Positions 1 to 12,004 of a DNA stretch of 64,000 bases are shown in pieces. Where the stretch lies: contig NMRA01000002.1 in assembly GCA_002633005.1 (NCBI GenBank), positions 1,519,023 to 1,583,022 on the forward strand. Reading direction: 5' to 3'. Each line of letters begins with the position of its first letter. Position 1 is the stretch's first letter. The stretch comes from Phoronis australis (Eukaryota > Animalia > Phoronida). The position numbers and the translations under genes are program-made. The notes under the pieces were generated by a model. The model made no database searches. It saw nothing but the letters and a program-made list of their open reading frames with translations, and was not told the DNA's origin.

Positions 1-1609
1 CGGTCTAATTAAACCAGAGCACATGTTACGCTACAACGAAAAACTGCAGCCTTCGGTGTATTTCCCATTTGTATTTTCATCAGAAATTTTCGTCATGCGG
101 GACTCGGTGACTCTTTCCATAGCTAAAGCGCCAAACACAAGCTAAACGCAAGACAATCGAGTAACGGTCATGACATCGTCAAGACAGGGTAAAAATTACA
201 AAGCCCGTTACACCAATTCTCAGATTCAAGCCTTATAGAGTAGTAATCATCCGTTGAATGCTTTAGTGACACAGGAGTTGCGTCGATCCCAAATTAGCGT
301 TTCTAAAATTTTCCTTGTCCGAAAGTCGCGGGGCAAAGTTCAAAGATCATTAAGAAAAAGTTTTTGGACCTTGTATGAATTTCATGGACTATGAAAAACT
401 CATTTCGGAAATATTTATTCTTGGTCGAAAATGGCGGGCCGTCCGAAAATCACGCGACTTTACCGTACTGTGAACAGTGCAAAGCACTTAACTATTTTCA
501 AGCTTCTGTTTACGCAAAATGGCTTAATTTCAATAACCTTTACAATTACAAATGAACCTCGTCCTTATTCTATGTCCAATTTTTGGAAAAATAAAAGTCA
601 TTGAAAATAGTAATTCTGTCTCCAAAAATTAGTCTACGGCATACATATTTATGTCTGCAAAAGGTTGAGATGGGGGTTGAGGTTTAAGATCGCCCCTATA
701 GCAATCTGGAAACTCGCTGATCCAATTGCCTACAGAATTTTGATCTCTATAGAAAGTATGCCATTGTGAACCGACAAACAAATTAAAACGAATCTTATAG
801 GCAAGCCTATAAGATAGAAATAGATAAATTCATCAAAACCTATAGTCGATTATCTAGTTTTATAATTGCCTATACGAACTTATTGCTCAGGTTATAAAAT
901 TCAACAGGCAAGCCTGCAGGACATCATAATTGCTGACATCACAAAGTGAAAAAGCTTGACTTGGATCTAGGCCACAATGCAAGGGGCACGAGTGCCAGCG
1001 TCTTTCCCGTTTTCAGTGGAAATGGAACTGGGGAAACAGGGGTAAATCTCGCAGAAAAGTTGCCAAAATATCCACAATGACACGTATTCGGTGCAATAGA
1101 TTTTAAAATAACGTACAATGTGCCAATCCAGATTCATAGCAATTTCTTTAATAGTGTGAAAAACAATTGAACAATATACACAACCAGAACCTATATTTCT
1201 ATTATACAACAGTACAATCTCACCAATTTCGGACATAAATAATTGCCAAAATTACCCTATTTTATTTTCAACGCCTTCCAACACCAAATGCTGTGAATGA
1301 CCAGTTTTTCAAAATATTTTCTGCAATGGAGCAGAACTTAAACACGATTAGCACGCTACCTATCCTTAATGAAAAAATGAGACGATATTTACCAATGTCT
1401 GCTATATTGTGTTCTAAATTGGTGAAACTGTACAGTATTACTGATCTGACATCCAGGGCCTCATAGCCAAAACAATGCTTATTTTGGGTATATCAATGTA
1501 TCACTTGTCAATATAAGGCCATCGCTTTCTAGGCGAAATAAAGCAGTTTCTGGAAACACTTAAAAAGATCCCGAATATAAGGTAAAGGCCATGCAAAATT
1601 TTTAGTAAT

Positions 1610-1790
1610 CGAAACAAATAACCAATGTAATATATTAAGCACCGCTATATCAAGATTAATTTAACTTTAAGTGAATGAACCTGGAACAAATAACCGGTAT
1701 GATATATTAAACGCCGGTATATCACGTTTAATAAATAAAACTGTAATGAACTCGAAACAAATGATTATAATATATTGATTTAATAATTTA
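1610..1790. repeat. Degenerate tandem repeat, ~72-bp unit, ~2.5 copies
   Basis: g(a/g)aacaaataacc...atatattaa recurs near 1611 and 1683, with a weaker third copy near 1754. Confidence 0.55.
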
Positions 1791-4280
1791 AACTTAAATG
1801 AATATCAGCTTTGACTCTTCATGAACTAACCAAAGCCTGTCAGGGCTATTGTTTAAAACTGTGCGAGAAAAACAACAAATATTGCCTTCTTATCAGGTGA
1901 AACTATGTCATTACAATTTTTTTCGAACTTACATAGAAATAAAAAGCCATTTTGTAAAAAATTTGGAGAAGCCCAAATTTCCGAAGAGTTACCAGAAGCT
2001 TTAATAGTTGACCTGCTCACACCATACTATAGTTCTTTCCCATGGTGAAGCTTTTGAGAGACAGTGCTTTAATTGAAGTCCTCTGTTGATGTATTGATGC
2101 TTTATAGGAATAAATAGCAAAGTCCATGACCATACTGCTTGTGTGATAAGTATTGAAAGCATTGAATCGGTACCAAAAGGCCAAAATGTCCTAATTTGCT
2201 AAAGAAATGACGTATCTCGAAGGACTTGAAACTCGAAGCATAGCTTTTCAAACTCGATGTAAGTAACCCAAACACGTACGCCACAACAAAATTCAAGCTC
2301 AATGCTGTGACGAGACGAAACAAAAACACAATAAATACGACTACTTCAGAAATTCCAAACACAACACATGCGAACTGTAGGTGGAAATGAACATTTGTCA
2401 AACAGATATTCATATGCCAATCCAGTCAAGCAGCATATTTATTTTAATAACTTGTCCCCAAGACAGGAGCCATAACTAAAAAATGGTCAATTATGACCTG
2501 TACAGGACACAAGGCCAGGCACTGACATTTACTTCTTAAGTCAACGCTAGCCTGTACTATCTTACTTAGATCAGGTCAAATTATCTCCACATGCAGTATT
2601 ATCAAAAAAAAGCAATTGATGTTATCTTGTAATATCAGGCATCGTTTCTGCTTTTGGGAAATGGGCTTCATTTCATCTGCCTGTCCTTTTTGTGAATTGT
2701 CTCTTTGCCATACTACTTTTCAAGACTCAAAAAATGCTGTCAATTTCAACATGTTTCAGGTGAGCCACAAGATGGGATGGACCTGGTGACAGCCGACACA
2801 GGCTAATTAGACCTCAGCAAGAGAATATGAACGAATTCATTCAGGAGTGGTATAAGGAGGCAGTGGCTCTCAATATTTTTTGAACCATGGTTGAATTAAC
2901 TACCCCCAAATTTCTTAAAAATTGGGACCTTCCAGGTTAACTGGGCAGTTTGAGTTTGGTGTTACGTGAGTAGACTACGAAAGGCATTTGCTTGATCTTT
3001 GACTCTGTTCTGATTGAAAGAATGTGCATAACTAGGCTCTTGACCAACTGTTTGCTTTTGTTCAGTCATGGCTTTTTGTAAACCTTTAAAGCTTGTAAGC
3101 GGAAATTTAGCAAGAAATTCAGATGCTCTTCACACACTTTGGATTTGTAACAAATCCGGCTGGTCGAGATACACCTTTAACGCGATTTCTATTATCTGAA
3201 AGGCTTTGGCAGTGACAGTGCACAGATTCACAATAGCATGCAAGTGATGGCGGTTTTGAGGTGAAAACTTTGGATTCGTTTTTTACGCCACTGACCTCAC
3301 TTGCGGCAGTCGCAGTGGTCCTAAAAGAAGGAAAAATTCACATAATAAGGTTCAGAAATCTTTGGCTCAGTAAACTGTTCATATTTTAAGGTTTTGTACA
3401 CCTGGCTATAGAACACAGAGGTACAGCTGACACCTGGTTTTTTTAAACCCAAAACCAGCAAAAAAAAATTGAGATGACACCTAAACAATTTCCCAACAGC
3501 AATTCGGAAGATTTCACTTACTGTGGTGCTATTCCTTTTCAAACTCATTATGGGACAAATTTGTCAGATCATAAACATTACATGACATCACAGAAAACTT
3601 GAGGTGAACAATATGATGGAACACAATACTTGCCACTTGAGCTCTCCGCAGTAGACAGCAAGGGTCCACTACAGCACGCATTTTGGTGTGAGTGCAGCAA
3701 TCATATCAGAGTAAAAACTTGAAGGGGGATACAAAAGAAAGAATAGCGACTTTTAGCAAAACTTTTTGGGAGAATTCCACAAGCACATACGATTATTGAA
3801 GTTAAATCTGATGACCTCAAACACCAGGCCTGCATTCTGTAGACTCAAGAGACTTGGGGACAATGTAGAGTAACCACGACTTCACAAGATATCACCATGC
3901 ACTACTACCACAGCATTTGATCACACCTAGCTTCACTCAATAAATTCTTGCAGTTACAGAATGTATTCCTAGTTAACCCTTGTCTTTGAGTTTTCAGTGA
4001 TGTCAGCGGATGTTTATGAGCACACAACTATCCCACAATGCAATTGAAAAACAACCATCAGTACCACTGGAGAGCAACTCTTGCTGAATGAGGGTCACAA
4101 TATTTGCACGGGGCTAGTGTGAGTTTCTGAGTAACAAATAATATTTGAAAAAGCCATCACTTGTATTTATTCAAAAATATGAAAGAAGGAAAAATGTCCA
4201 TTCTAGAAGGCAGAAGCTGCTTCTATAATTTTTAGAAAGAAGTTGTGAAATTTTGAATGAATGAAAAGATGAAATCGAAA

Positions 4281-6436
4281 TTTTTTGAAAGAAAGCGTAA
4301 AGCAATAAATAAAAATATTTTAAAAGATGTTCAACACTAGAAGAAAGTTCCATGGTAGAATAATGAGTTTTAGTAATATGTCATATTCCTTCCATGTTAC
4401 TTAATAACTCATAAAACTACCAAGTAATTAACTAAATTTCAAATAACATGAACATGCGGCTATTATTTAATAATTTTAATTAACACCACCACTCTAATTT
4501 AAAACACCGCCATTCTGAAGTCTTTATTTTTTGGAAGAAAGCGTCAAGCAATAAATATATTTTAAAAGATGTTCAACACCAGAAGAAAGTTCCATGGTAG
4601 AATAATTAGTTTTTAGTAATATGTCATGTTCCTTCCATGTTACTTAAAGTCCTTCTCTCGCGCGTTGTTAACCCTTATTACATGGTTAGAAGATGTTATA
4701 AGGATCCAAGAAGTACCTACCCCATAACTAATACACGATCCGTACTCGAAAACAGTTTAAATGAACGCGCCACTCACGATTCGCACCCGAAGAAACACCG
4801 CCATTTTGAACTTGCCGCGAACCCGGAAGTGCAATTCATTCAGGAACCCAGGCCGAGAAAACGCCGTCAGTGCGACTGGAGCAGTGCCTGTACTGTTACC
4901 AGCCAGCAAACGGGGATAAAAAAATCAACACCGCGTCTTAATTTTGATAAAATCAAACTACGGACAATTTTATGGAATTTGCTGAAGAAATGTGGCGAAT
5001 AAATTTTGACAGAAATTATTTTGCCAGACTTGGGACTGCAGCCTATCGGATCCGGTGCGGATCGAGACCAGACACTGGCGAACGGTAAATGCATGCGGTT
5101 GCAAGCTGTTTTGTCGAAGTAAAATGGTCAAATGATAAATGCTGCATATATTCAAGGGTAGTTTCAGACACTTGCATGAAATTACGGTCTGGTTAGTCCT
5201 GTGCCACACTGCCACGGCAGACCTTAGTTAGCCTCAGTCACCAGCTACCAGTGAAGACTATAGTCAAAATACAGCTTGTTAGTAGGCCTATACAGCTTTG
5301 CGCCAAGACTACCCTTAGGCCTAACTGGTCACTGGCCACAAACACAAAAAACATGAAAATTGAACAAAGTTTCTTTTTTGTAGCAACGTTTGTCAAAATG
5401 TATCAATGTTAAATCTTCACAAATTACAAAGTAGCCGATTGAACATGCCTTTCAGTTCAGCAAAAGTCACATTGAAGGTGCCGCCAGAAATGAGACCAAC
5501 GGGAATTGTGAGCACATTTATCACTTAATGAGTAACAACTGCGAGGCTGAAATTTGGTGAACACTGCTAAATCGTGCAGAATAGTAAGTAAAGATATGTC
5601 TAACTAAATTTCACCGTAATTTGTTGGCGAAAACAATTTACACAACGTTTTAAACTCGTAACTCATCCCGCTGTCCTCCAATATGGCCGACGCGATCCAA
5701 ACGAAGTGACCCAAATTTCGCCACAAAACTTGCAATAACTTTACAGTGCTTGCCCCGATTTTGATACTTTTTCGATTTTTACTGAGTAGAATGTACTACC
5801 TTTCCGATGATAGCAAAGTACTTTTTCAAAACGAGGAAAAAAATAAAACCAAAACAAAAATTGGTTCGACCCATATTGGTTCCTAGGTTCATCCCGCCTA
5901 CGTAAGGAACTAAACACCAATGCTATTTTAACATACTAAGTACGCGTAACATTCGAAAAAAAAATCAACGACCACTAACTACAAACTATAAATACATTAC
6001 ATATTATGCAAACGAATCACGATATATTACTAATAAAACAAAATAATGAAGACTTTTCGAGCAAGCCATAGCAAAAAAAAGGAAAAAATGGCGGCGTTCA
6101 GGACAAGTTCATGAACTGATGAGCCAGAAATGTGGGTACAGAAATAACCGATGACAACCGGTAATCATACGCTCAGAGAGAAGGGTCAAATACTGTTAAA
6201 AAATCGCTTTTGGCAAGAAAGGCGAAAAGAATATAAGGGAAGGGTGTAGAAAATAAGAATTTATGTAGTAAGTATTTTCGGATACTGGAACCACATGGGC
6301 AGTTTGCAAGAAGGACTTTAATAACTCGTGAAACTACCAAGTAATTAAATTTCAAATAACATGAACATGCGGCTATTATTTAATAATTTTAATTAACACC
6401 ACCACTCTAATTTAAAACACCGCCACACTGAAGTCT
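4281..6436. repeat. Tandem duplication of a ~245-bp unit; second copy interrupted by a transposon
   Basis: 4281-4404 matches 4528-4647, and 4405-4525 matches 6322-6436. Copy 1 reads catgttacTTAAtaactc. Copy 2 reads catgttacTTAA[4648-6317]TTAAtaactc. Confidence 0.9.
4648..6317. mobile_element. Non-autonomous Kolobok-type DNA transposon (1670 bp, TTAA TSD)
   Basis: TTAA at 4644-4647 and 6318-6321. 9-bp TIR AGTCCTTCT...AGAAGGACT with the RR...YY termini typical of Kolobok. Empty site at 4401-4404. No recognisable transposase ORF inside. Confidence 0.85.
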
Positions 6437-6442
6437 ATAAAA
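6436..6442 (+). promoter_or_regulatory. TATA box of the peptide-precursor gene
   Basis: TATAAAA about 70 bp upstream of a GTCAGT donor, consistent with a ~40-nt non-coding first exon starting ~30 nt downstream of the box. Confidence 0.55.
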
Positions 6443-6900
6443 CCAACATTGACTTCTGAATAAACTGACAGAGAAGACTTCCGACTTCACTGAAATTTCT
6501 CCTGCTGGTCAGTATCCTAAAGTTTTGCTACGTATTTGTACTCACAAAGATTTTGACACATCCTGGCAATCCTTCAGTTAAAGGCATATTACTGGTTACA
6601 AGAAATTATGAGCTTTGACCAATAAAAACAAAATTGGTTGTTTTTGTAATTTCACTACAAATCACCAATTCTCGCTGTTGTCTACCACCCATTTGCTGAA
6701 GTCTTACATTTAACATACTACCCTATTTAGGGGATGTGATTTGGCTCAGCTAATGGGTTTGAAACCAAGCTACTGCTGACTTCTGCAAAAATATTTTTCT
6801 CATGGACAATGTTCCTTTCATCTATCATATATAGCATACTGTCATTAAGATATTTTGTATGTTGCGATGACACCATTTCTACTTTGTTTTCAAGGTAACC

Positions 6901-8087
6901 ATGAAGAACGCTGCAGTTTTCCTCACTTTTGTAATCACGGTAGTGGCGACTATAACGTAAGTATTTTTAGGCAATTCGACACACTTTAATTTAAACATCA
7001 TTTTTTAAATTTTCGCACTGTATATTTCAATCTTTGCATAATTACAAATCTGCAAAACTTGTGGGGCTCACCAAATTGATATTCTTTTCAGCCTCAGAAA
7101 CAGAGGCACCTCTGGCAAGAGTGTGAAATCTACCTAAGTTACTGAAAAGCTACCTTTAAATGAAAACATTAAATTTGTAGCACGATATCAGTTTTACATT
7201 ATAAGGTCTTTAATAACATTTCCTGGTTTACTGATTTCCCTTTGTAAGCATAAGAGAACGATTTTTTAGGAACCACACATTTTAGAATTTTTTGTAGTGT
7301 CAAGTGTTTTATTTTAATGACCCTAGTGTTATAAGTAAAAGACCAAATGGTCACCAACTTGAGTAATTTTAGTTTAAACAGCATCCCCAAAAGAATGCAC
7401 AATTCGACCTCAAAAGCACGCCAAACCATCACCGATAGAAAAAATGTTGAAATGAGCTTTGGGGGCTTAGAAACATGACCACACTCATCCCATCAAGAAT
7501 TGATGAATTAATGCCAAATGAGTAGGCAACTTGACTCACAGGCAACGTATGCATGGGCCATTTTCAAACCAGCAATTTTAGGGTAGACCAACCCCAATTA
7601 ACTCTGCAGTTTTCTTGAGTGGCTGATAGTTTTAATATTATTTTATAGTTTAATATAGTTTTAATATTGTTTTAATATTATTTTATAGTTTAATAAGTTT
7701 TAATATAGTTTTAACATTATTTTTGGTAATGGAAATAGAACACTATCACAGCAAGGAACATTAAGACACCAATTTTATTACTAGAGTGAACAAAGGCCAA
7801 CTCGATTTTCGTATTTTGGCGAGTAAAACAAGCGTGAAATGCTGCTTAAATAAATTCAAGTGAAACTTAAAGATGTCAGACCAAAGCATATTTCTTTTCA
7901 ACATAGTGTCGTAACCGCTTTTACTGCTGGAGCTGGTAATGTTGGTGGCGCAAGAATTGCTCGGAGTGCAGAAGCCGACATAGATTCACAGATCAGTTCT
8001 CTCGATGCTTTTGGTAATATTGGTGGGGCAAGAATTGCTCGGAGTGCAGATGCCGACATGGATTCACAGATCAGTTCTCTCGAATGA
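6901..8087 (+). CDS. Small secreted repeat-peptide precursor, 78 aa (coding exons 6901-6956 and 7907-8087)
   Basis: ATG at 6901 in aaccATG context. Exon ends AC|GTAAGT (phase 2) and joins in frame at ttttcaacatag|T (7907). Product: MKNAAVFLTFVITVVATITVVTA-FTAGAGNVGGARIARSAEADIDSQISSLDAFGNIGGARIARSADADMDSQISSLE*. Hydrophobic signal-peptide-like N-terminus, two 26-aa repeats, two RIAR sites. Upstream TATAAAA at 6436, non-coding exon donor CTG|GTCAGT at 6507/8, acceptor at 6894, AATAAA at 8616. Confidence 0.7.
7626..7722. repeat. AT-rich low-complexity tandem repeat in the peptide-gene intron
   Basis: Repeated atagtttt/aatattatttt units. Confidence 0.7.
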
Positions 8088-9180
8088 GACAGTCTGAGCA
8101 TCAAACATGAGAAGAGGTCAGTCAAATTTTGTTTGGTACAGTTTAAAAGCACCACTTGTGACTGTGAGTTTATGCTTCTCAATAGGTCTACTTGTGTCCA
8201 ATGTGAGTCCAAACATAGACTAGGAACATCCAGCAGTTTAAATGGAACAATACCTTATATTCTGAAAGACTTATTAACACTTTTTTCTCCAATGTTGGCA
8301 AATGATTTAATTTATGAGAATGATGATTTATTGTCAAAGACCAGGTGTCTTGAAGTGGTTTGTCTTTTTGAAGAGTGTTTTCAATAACTATAACTTTAGT
8401 GTACTGTAGTAGTCATTGCTGCCACTTCTAAACCACTATGTACTGAGCAAGCGGTTGTTGCATGTGCTTTGCTATAATGCATACAAAGATGTGTTGTGGG
8501 GCTTTAATTTATTTCACCTATTTTTAATACGTATTTTTGATTTTCAGAGAAACATCAAATTGAGAAAGAACAGCCAGCTGTTTGAAATTTGAATATTGGT
8601 TCACAGATATGCAGTAATAAAATTAAATCCTACGACAAATTTGATTTATTTTGTCAACACCGAAGAATTTTGTGTTAAAGTTAATAACAAGGGTTCTGAC
8701 CAGTTTTCTTCACTAATAACAGGCATCAAACTGATTCTCAAAACCCAGGACCACTGTACGTGACAATTGCCATATTTTGCACGATCAACTAGTGCACATT
8801 CATGGGACTGTCTGATGCACTTGTGAGTGTTGGTCGGTATGAGCGAATATCTTCAAACCTCGAACAATGCAAGCTAACTTCGCAGTAAACAGGTGGATTT
8901 AACAGCAAAGCAACAATGCCTCTATGCAGTATGAATGGTTAACTTTTGTGCCATTGAAGAAATCGGTTGGTTTCGCTGTCGACAACAGCACCATCTGGAA
9001 CACTTTTGTTATTTTGCAAGCCTCAAATTATCTCTGAGAGGTGTTTTACCACTGAACATAGGCAAATTTCAATCAATACATCAAAGGGATATGATCAAGA
9101 GACTGCTAGCCAATCTAAATAGTCGCAAGCGATGGTCATTCTCAAATCTGCCTTCTGTTAAGACTTGCCTATTATTCCAT

Positions 9181-9555
9181 AGGGCGGCTATACACCGGAA
9201 GTTTTCCTGCAAATTAGACTTCACAGTGATTAAACCACCAAAGTCATGTTGCTATAAGTACCTTTTGCGCATGGAGGGACACTTTACGAAACCGTTAATG
9301 TCGTTAACTCATCCCACGTCATGCCCCCTGGCGCAAACAGTGTAAAAATGACTAGTAGCCGATTTGGGCAACTTTACAAAAGACTGTTTGGAAAAAAGTT
9401 TGATTCTAGGAGTGTAAATATGTTTAAGCTAGGAAGACATCAACGGCATCCTAAAGTGTCCTTCTGTGCACAAATGTAGCATATTTATGACAACATAACT
9501 TTCATGGTTTAATCAGTGTAAGGCATAATGCGCCGAAAAGCTTTTGACGTACTGA
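9181..9555. mobile_element. Degenerate MITE related to the TIRs of the 10202-12004 element
   Basis: Inverted arms carrying taaaccaccaaagtcatgttgctataagtacc and tggtttaatcagtgtaaggcataatgcgccgaaaagctt, similar to 10260-10350 and 11840-11935. Confidence 0.65.
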
Positions 9556-10201
9556 CAGCCTGGCTATGGGATGACCAATCTCTACTGGAGCCAGTTGAGA
9601 CGGTGGTAGTGCCTAGCCCAGGTGGGCCAGGCATAGCCTTGATACAAAGCTGTATATAAATATACAGCTTTGCACCAAAATCTGACACAAACTTTGTGTC
9701 ATTAAAACCTACAGTCTTCTTTGAGTAAACTAAATTATTTAACGATGTTAGAAAAAATGGCATTCTACCGTTATTCTACTGCTAATGTTGTGGAGCAATC
9801 TTTAGCGACGGCTTTCGGCGCCATGAAATATTGCATCACCTATTCTTCAATCAACTGTTCTTCTTTCGCGAGGTTGCATACACGAAACAAAAAATTATCG
9901 GAACTGGTTTCACTTCATTATAAGTTTTTAGAATTTGATACCGATAAACCGAATTTCAGAAGAAATTTTGCTGCTGCCAAGCTATCATCATCTCCTGAGA
10001 GATGTCGCAAAAATTTAGGAAATGGCGCATGAGCGTGAAACGAGCGTACTGTTTTCAAAACAACGACATACTTTTCAGTGTTAGAAAAAACAGAGAGTTA
10101 CGTTTATTGCATTGTTTTTCACCTTAACGGCCGTAACGCGAAAGGTGAGTGTCGGTTGCTTCCCAGATTTTTCATTCACCCCGTCCGGTCTATAGTTTTA
10201 C

Positions 10202-12004
10202 TAGGCAATGACCATCGCCTTTGTTGGCCCGAAGCAGAGGCTATAGGCGCTCTGTACGCCGGAAGCTTTTCGGCGAATTATGCCTCGCACCGACTAAACC
10301 ATCAAAGTCACGTTGTTATAAATACCTTTTGCGCATAGAGGAACACCTTAGGAGGTTGTCGATGTGTTAAATTCCTTCCAACTCGAACAAATACTCCCAT
10401 TATCAAACTTTTTCTTCGAGCAGTCCCTATTTCAGTTCCCAAAATCATGAACTCACCATTTTTATACTGAGCACGCTCCAATTTTTACCGCGCTCGCTAG
10501 GTGATGTGAATTCATAACCTCAATCTTTAAATAGGCCAAAGGTGAGCCATTGCGGTCTTTTCAGTCAAATGTTCGTTTCCAAAATGCCACCACTTATACT
10601 TGTCTTTAATTGGCGTTACTTGAAACTGATTGTATTTCAATGAATCATTGTTTGTATTTGATAAAAATAAATGCTGTTGATATGACATTTAATAGTCTTT
10701 GTGCACATATTTGACATTTTAANNNNNNNNNNNNNNNNNNNNNNNNNNNNNNNNNNNNNNNNNNNNNNNNNNNNNNNNNNNNNNNNNNNNNNNNNNNNNN
10801 NNNNNNNNNNNNNNNNNNNNNNNNNNNNNNNNNNNNNNNNNNNNNNNNNNNNNNNNNNNNNNNNNNNNNNNNNNNNNNNNNNNNNNNNNNNNNNNNNNNN
10901 NNNNNNNNNNNNNNNNNNNNNNNNNNNNNNNNNNNNNNNNNNNNNNNNNNNNNNNNNNNNNNNNNNNNNNNNNNNNNNNNNNNNNNNNNNNNNNNNNNNN
11001 NNNNNNNNNNNNNNNNNNNNNNNNNNNNNNNNNNNNNNNNNNNNNNNNNNNNNNNNNNNNNNNNNNNNNNNNNNNNNNNNNNNNNNNNNNNNNNNNNNNN
11101 NNNNNNNNNNNNNNNNNNNNNNNNNNNNNNNNNNNNNNNNNNNNNNNNNNNNNNNNNNNNNNNNNNNNNNNNNNNNNNNNNNNNNNNNNNNNNNNNNNNN
11201 NNNNNNNNNNNNNNNNNNNNNNNNNNNNNNNNNNNNNNNNNNNNNNNNNNNNNNNNNNNNNNNNNNNNNNNNNNNNNNNNNNNNNNNNNNNNNNNNNNNN
11301 NNNNNNNNNNNNNNNNNNNNNNNNNNNNNNNNNNNNNNNNNNNNNNNNNNNNNNNNNNNNNNNNNNNNNNNNNNNNNNNNNNNNNNNNNNNNNNNNNNNN
11401 NNNNNNNNNNNNNNNNNNNNNNNNNNNNTATTCTTTGTTGCATTAGTAACTGGTCTTGGCTAATATTATCATTTTATGGCCTGGTCATCCATTCAGCCAA
11501 AAGTAGTTCCAGAGGTGGCTTATCAGCCAATTATTCACGCATGCTGACTCACAATAGAAGCCTGATAAGAGTGAAGGTGGATAAATGCGGTGTTCCTACA
11601 GTTTCTTGTTTTAGTGGATGTGTTCACGACATGTGGTTCCCGGCAGCACGTACGCAAAGGGCGGGAACTTCAGCTTTCAAAGTTCGCCGGTAGGTCCGCA
11701 ACTTCTGACCTTCGGCCTGGTTAAAAAAATGAAAAAGTTGATTTCACGATTTTGGGAACTGAAATAGGGACTGCTCGAAGAAAAAGTTTCATAAACGGGA
11801 GTATTTGTTCGCGTTGGAAGAAATTAAACACATCGACAACCTCCTAAGGTGTTCCTCTATGCGCAAAAGGTATTTATAACAACGTGACTTTGATGGTTTA
11901 GTCGGTGCGAGGCATAATTCGCCGAAAAGCTTCCGGCATACAGAGCGCCTATAGCCTCTGCATCACCTCTGCTTCGGGCCAACAAAGGCGATGGTCATTG
12001 CCTA
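10202..12004. mobile_element. Mutator/MULE-like element with ~260-bp TIRs and 9-bp TSD; centre unsequenced
   Basis: Termini TAGGCAATGACCATCG...CGATGGTCATTGCCTA. Arms 10202-10463 and 11731-12004 are highly similar. Perfect TSD TAGTTTTAC at 10193-10201 and 12005-12013. Confidence 0.85.
10723..11428. other. Assembly gap (706 N)
   Basis: Run of N. Confidence 1.

Noticed and set aside
2040-3950. Possible decayed transposase coding sequence
   Set aside because: I could not assemble any recognisable motif across frames; a tBLASTx or HMM search is needed.
7092-7137. Extra exon of the peptide gene after cttttcag
   Set aside because: It has no phase-compatible donor, and reading on reaches a stop after ~15 codons.
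10637-11693. Long ORFs of 268 and 330 aa in the track
   Set aside because: Artefacts of translating through the N gap.
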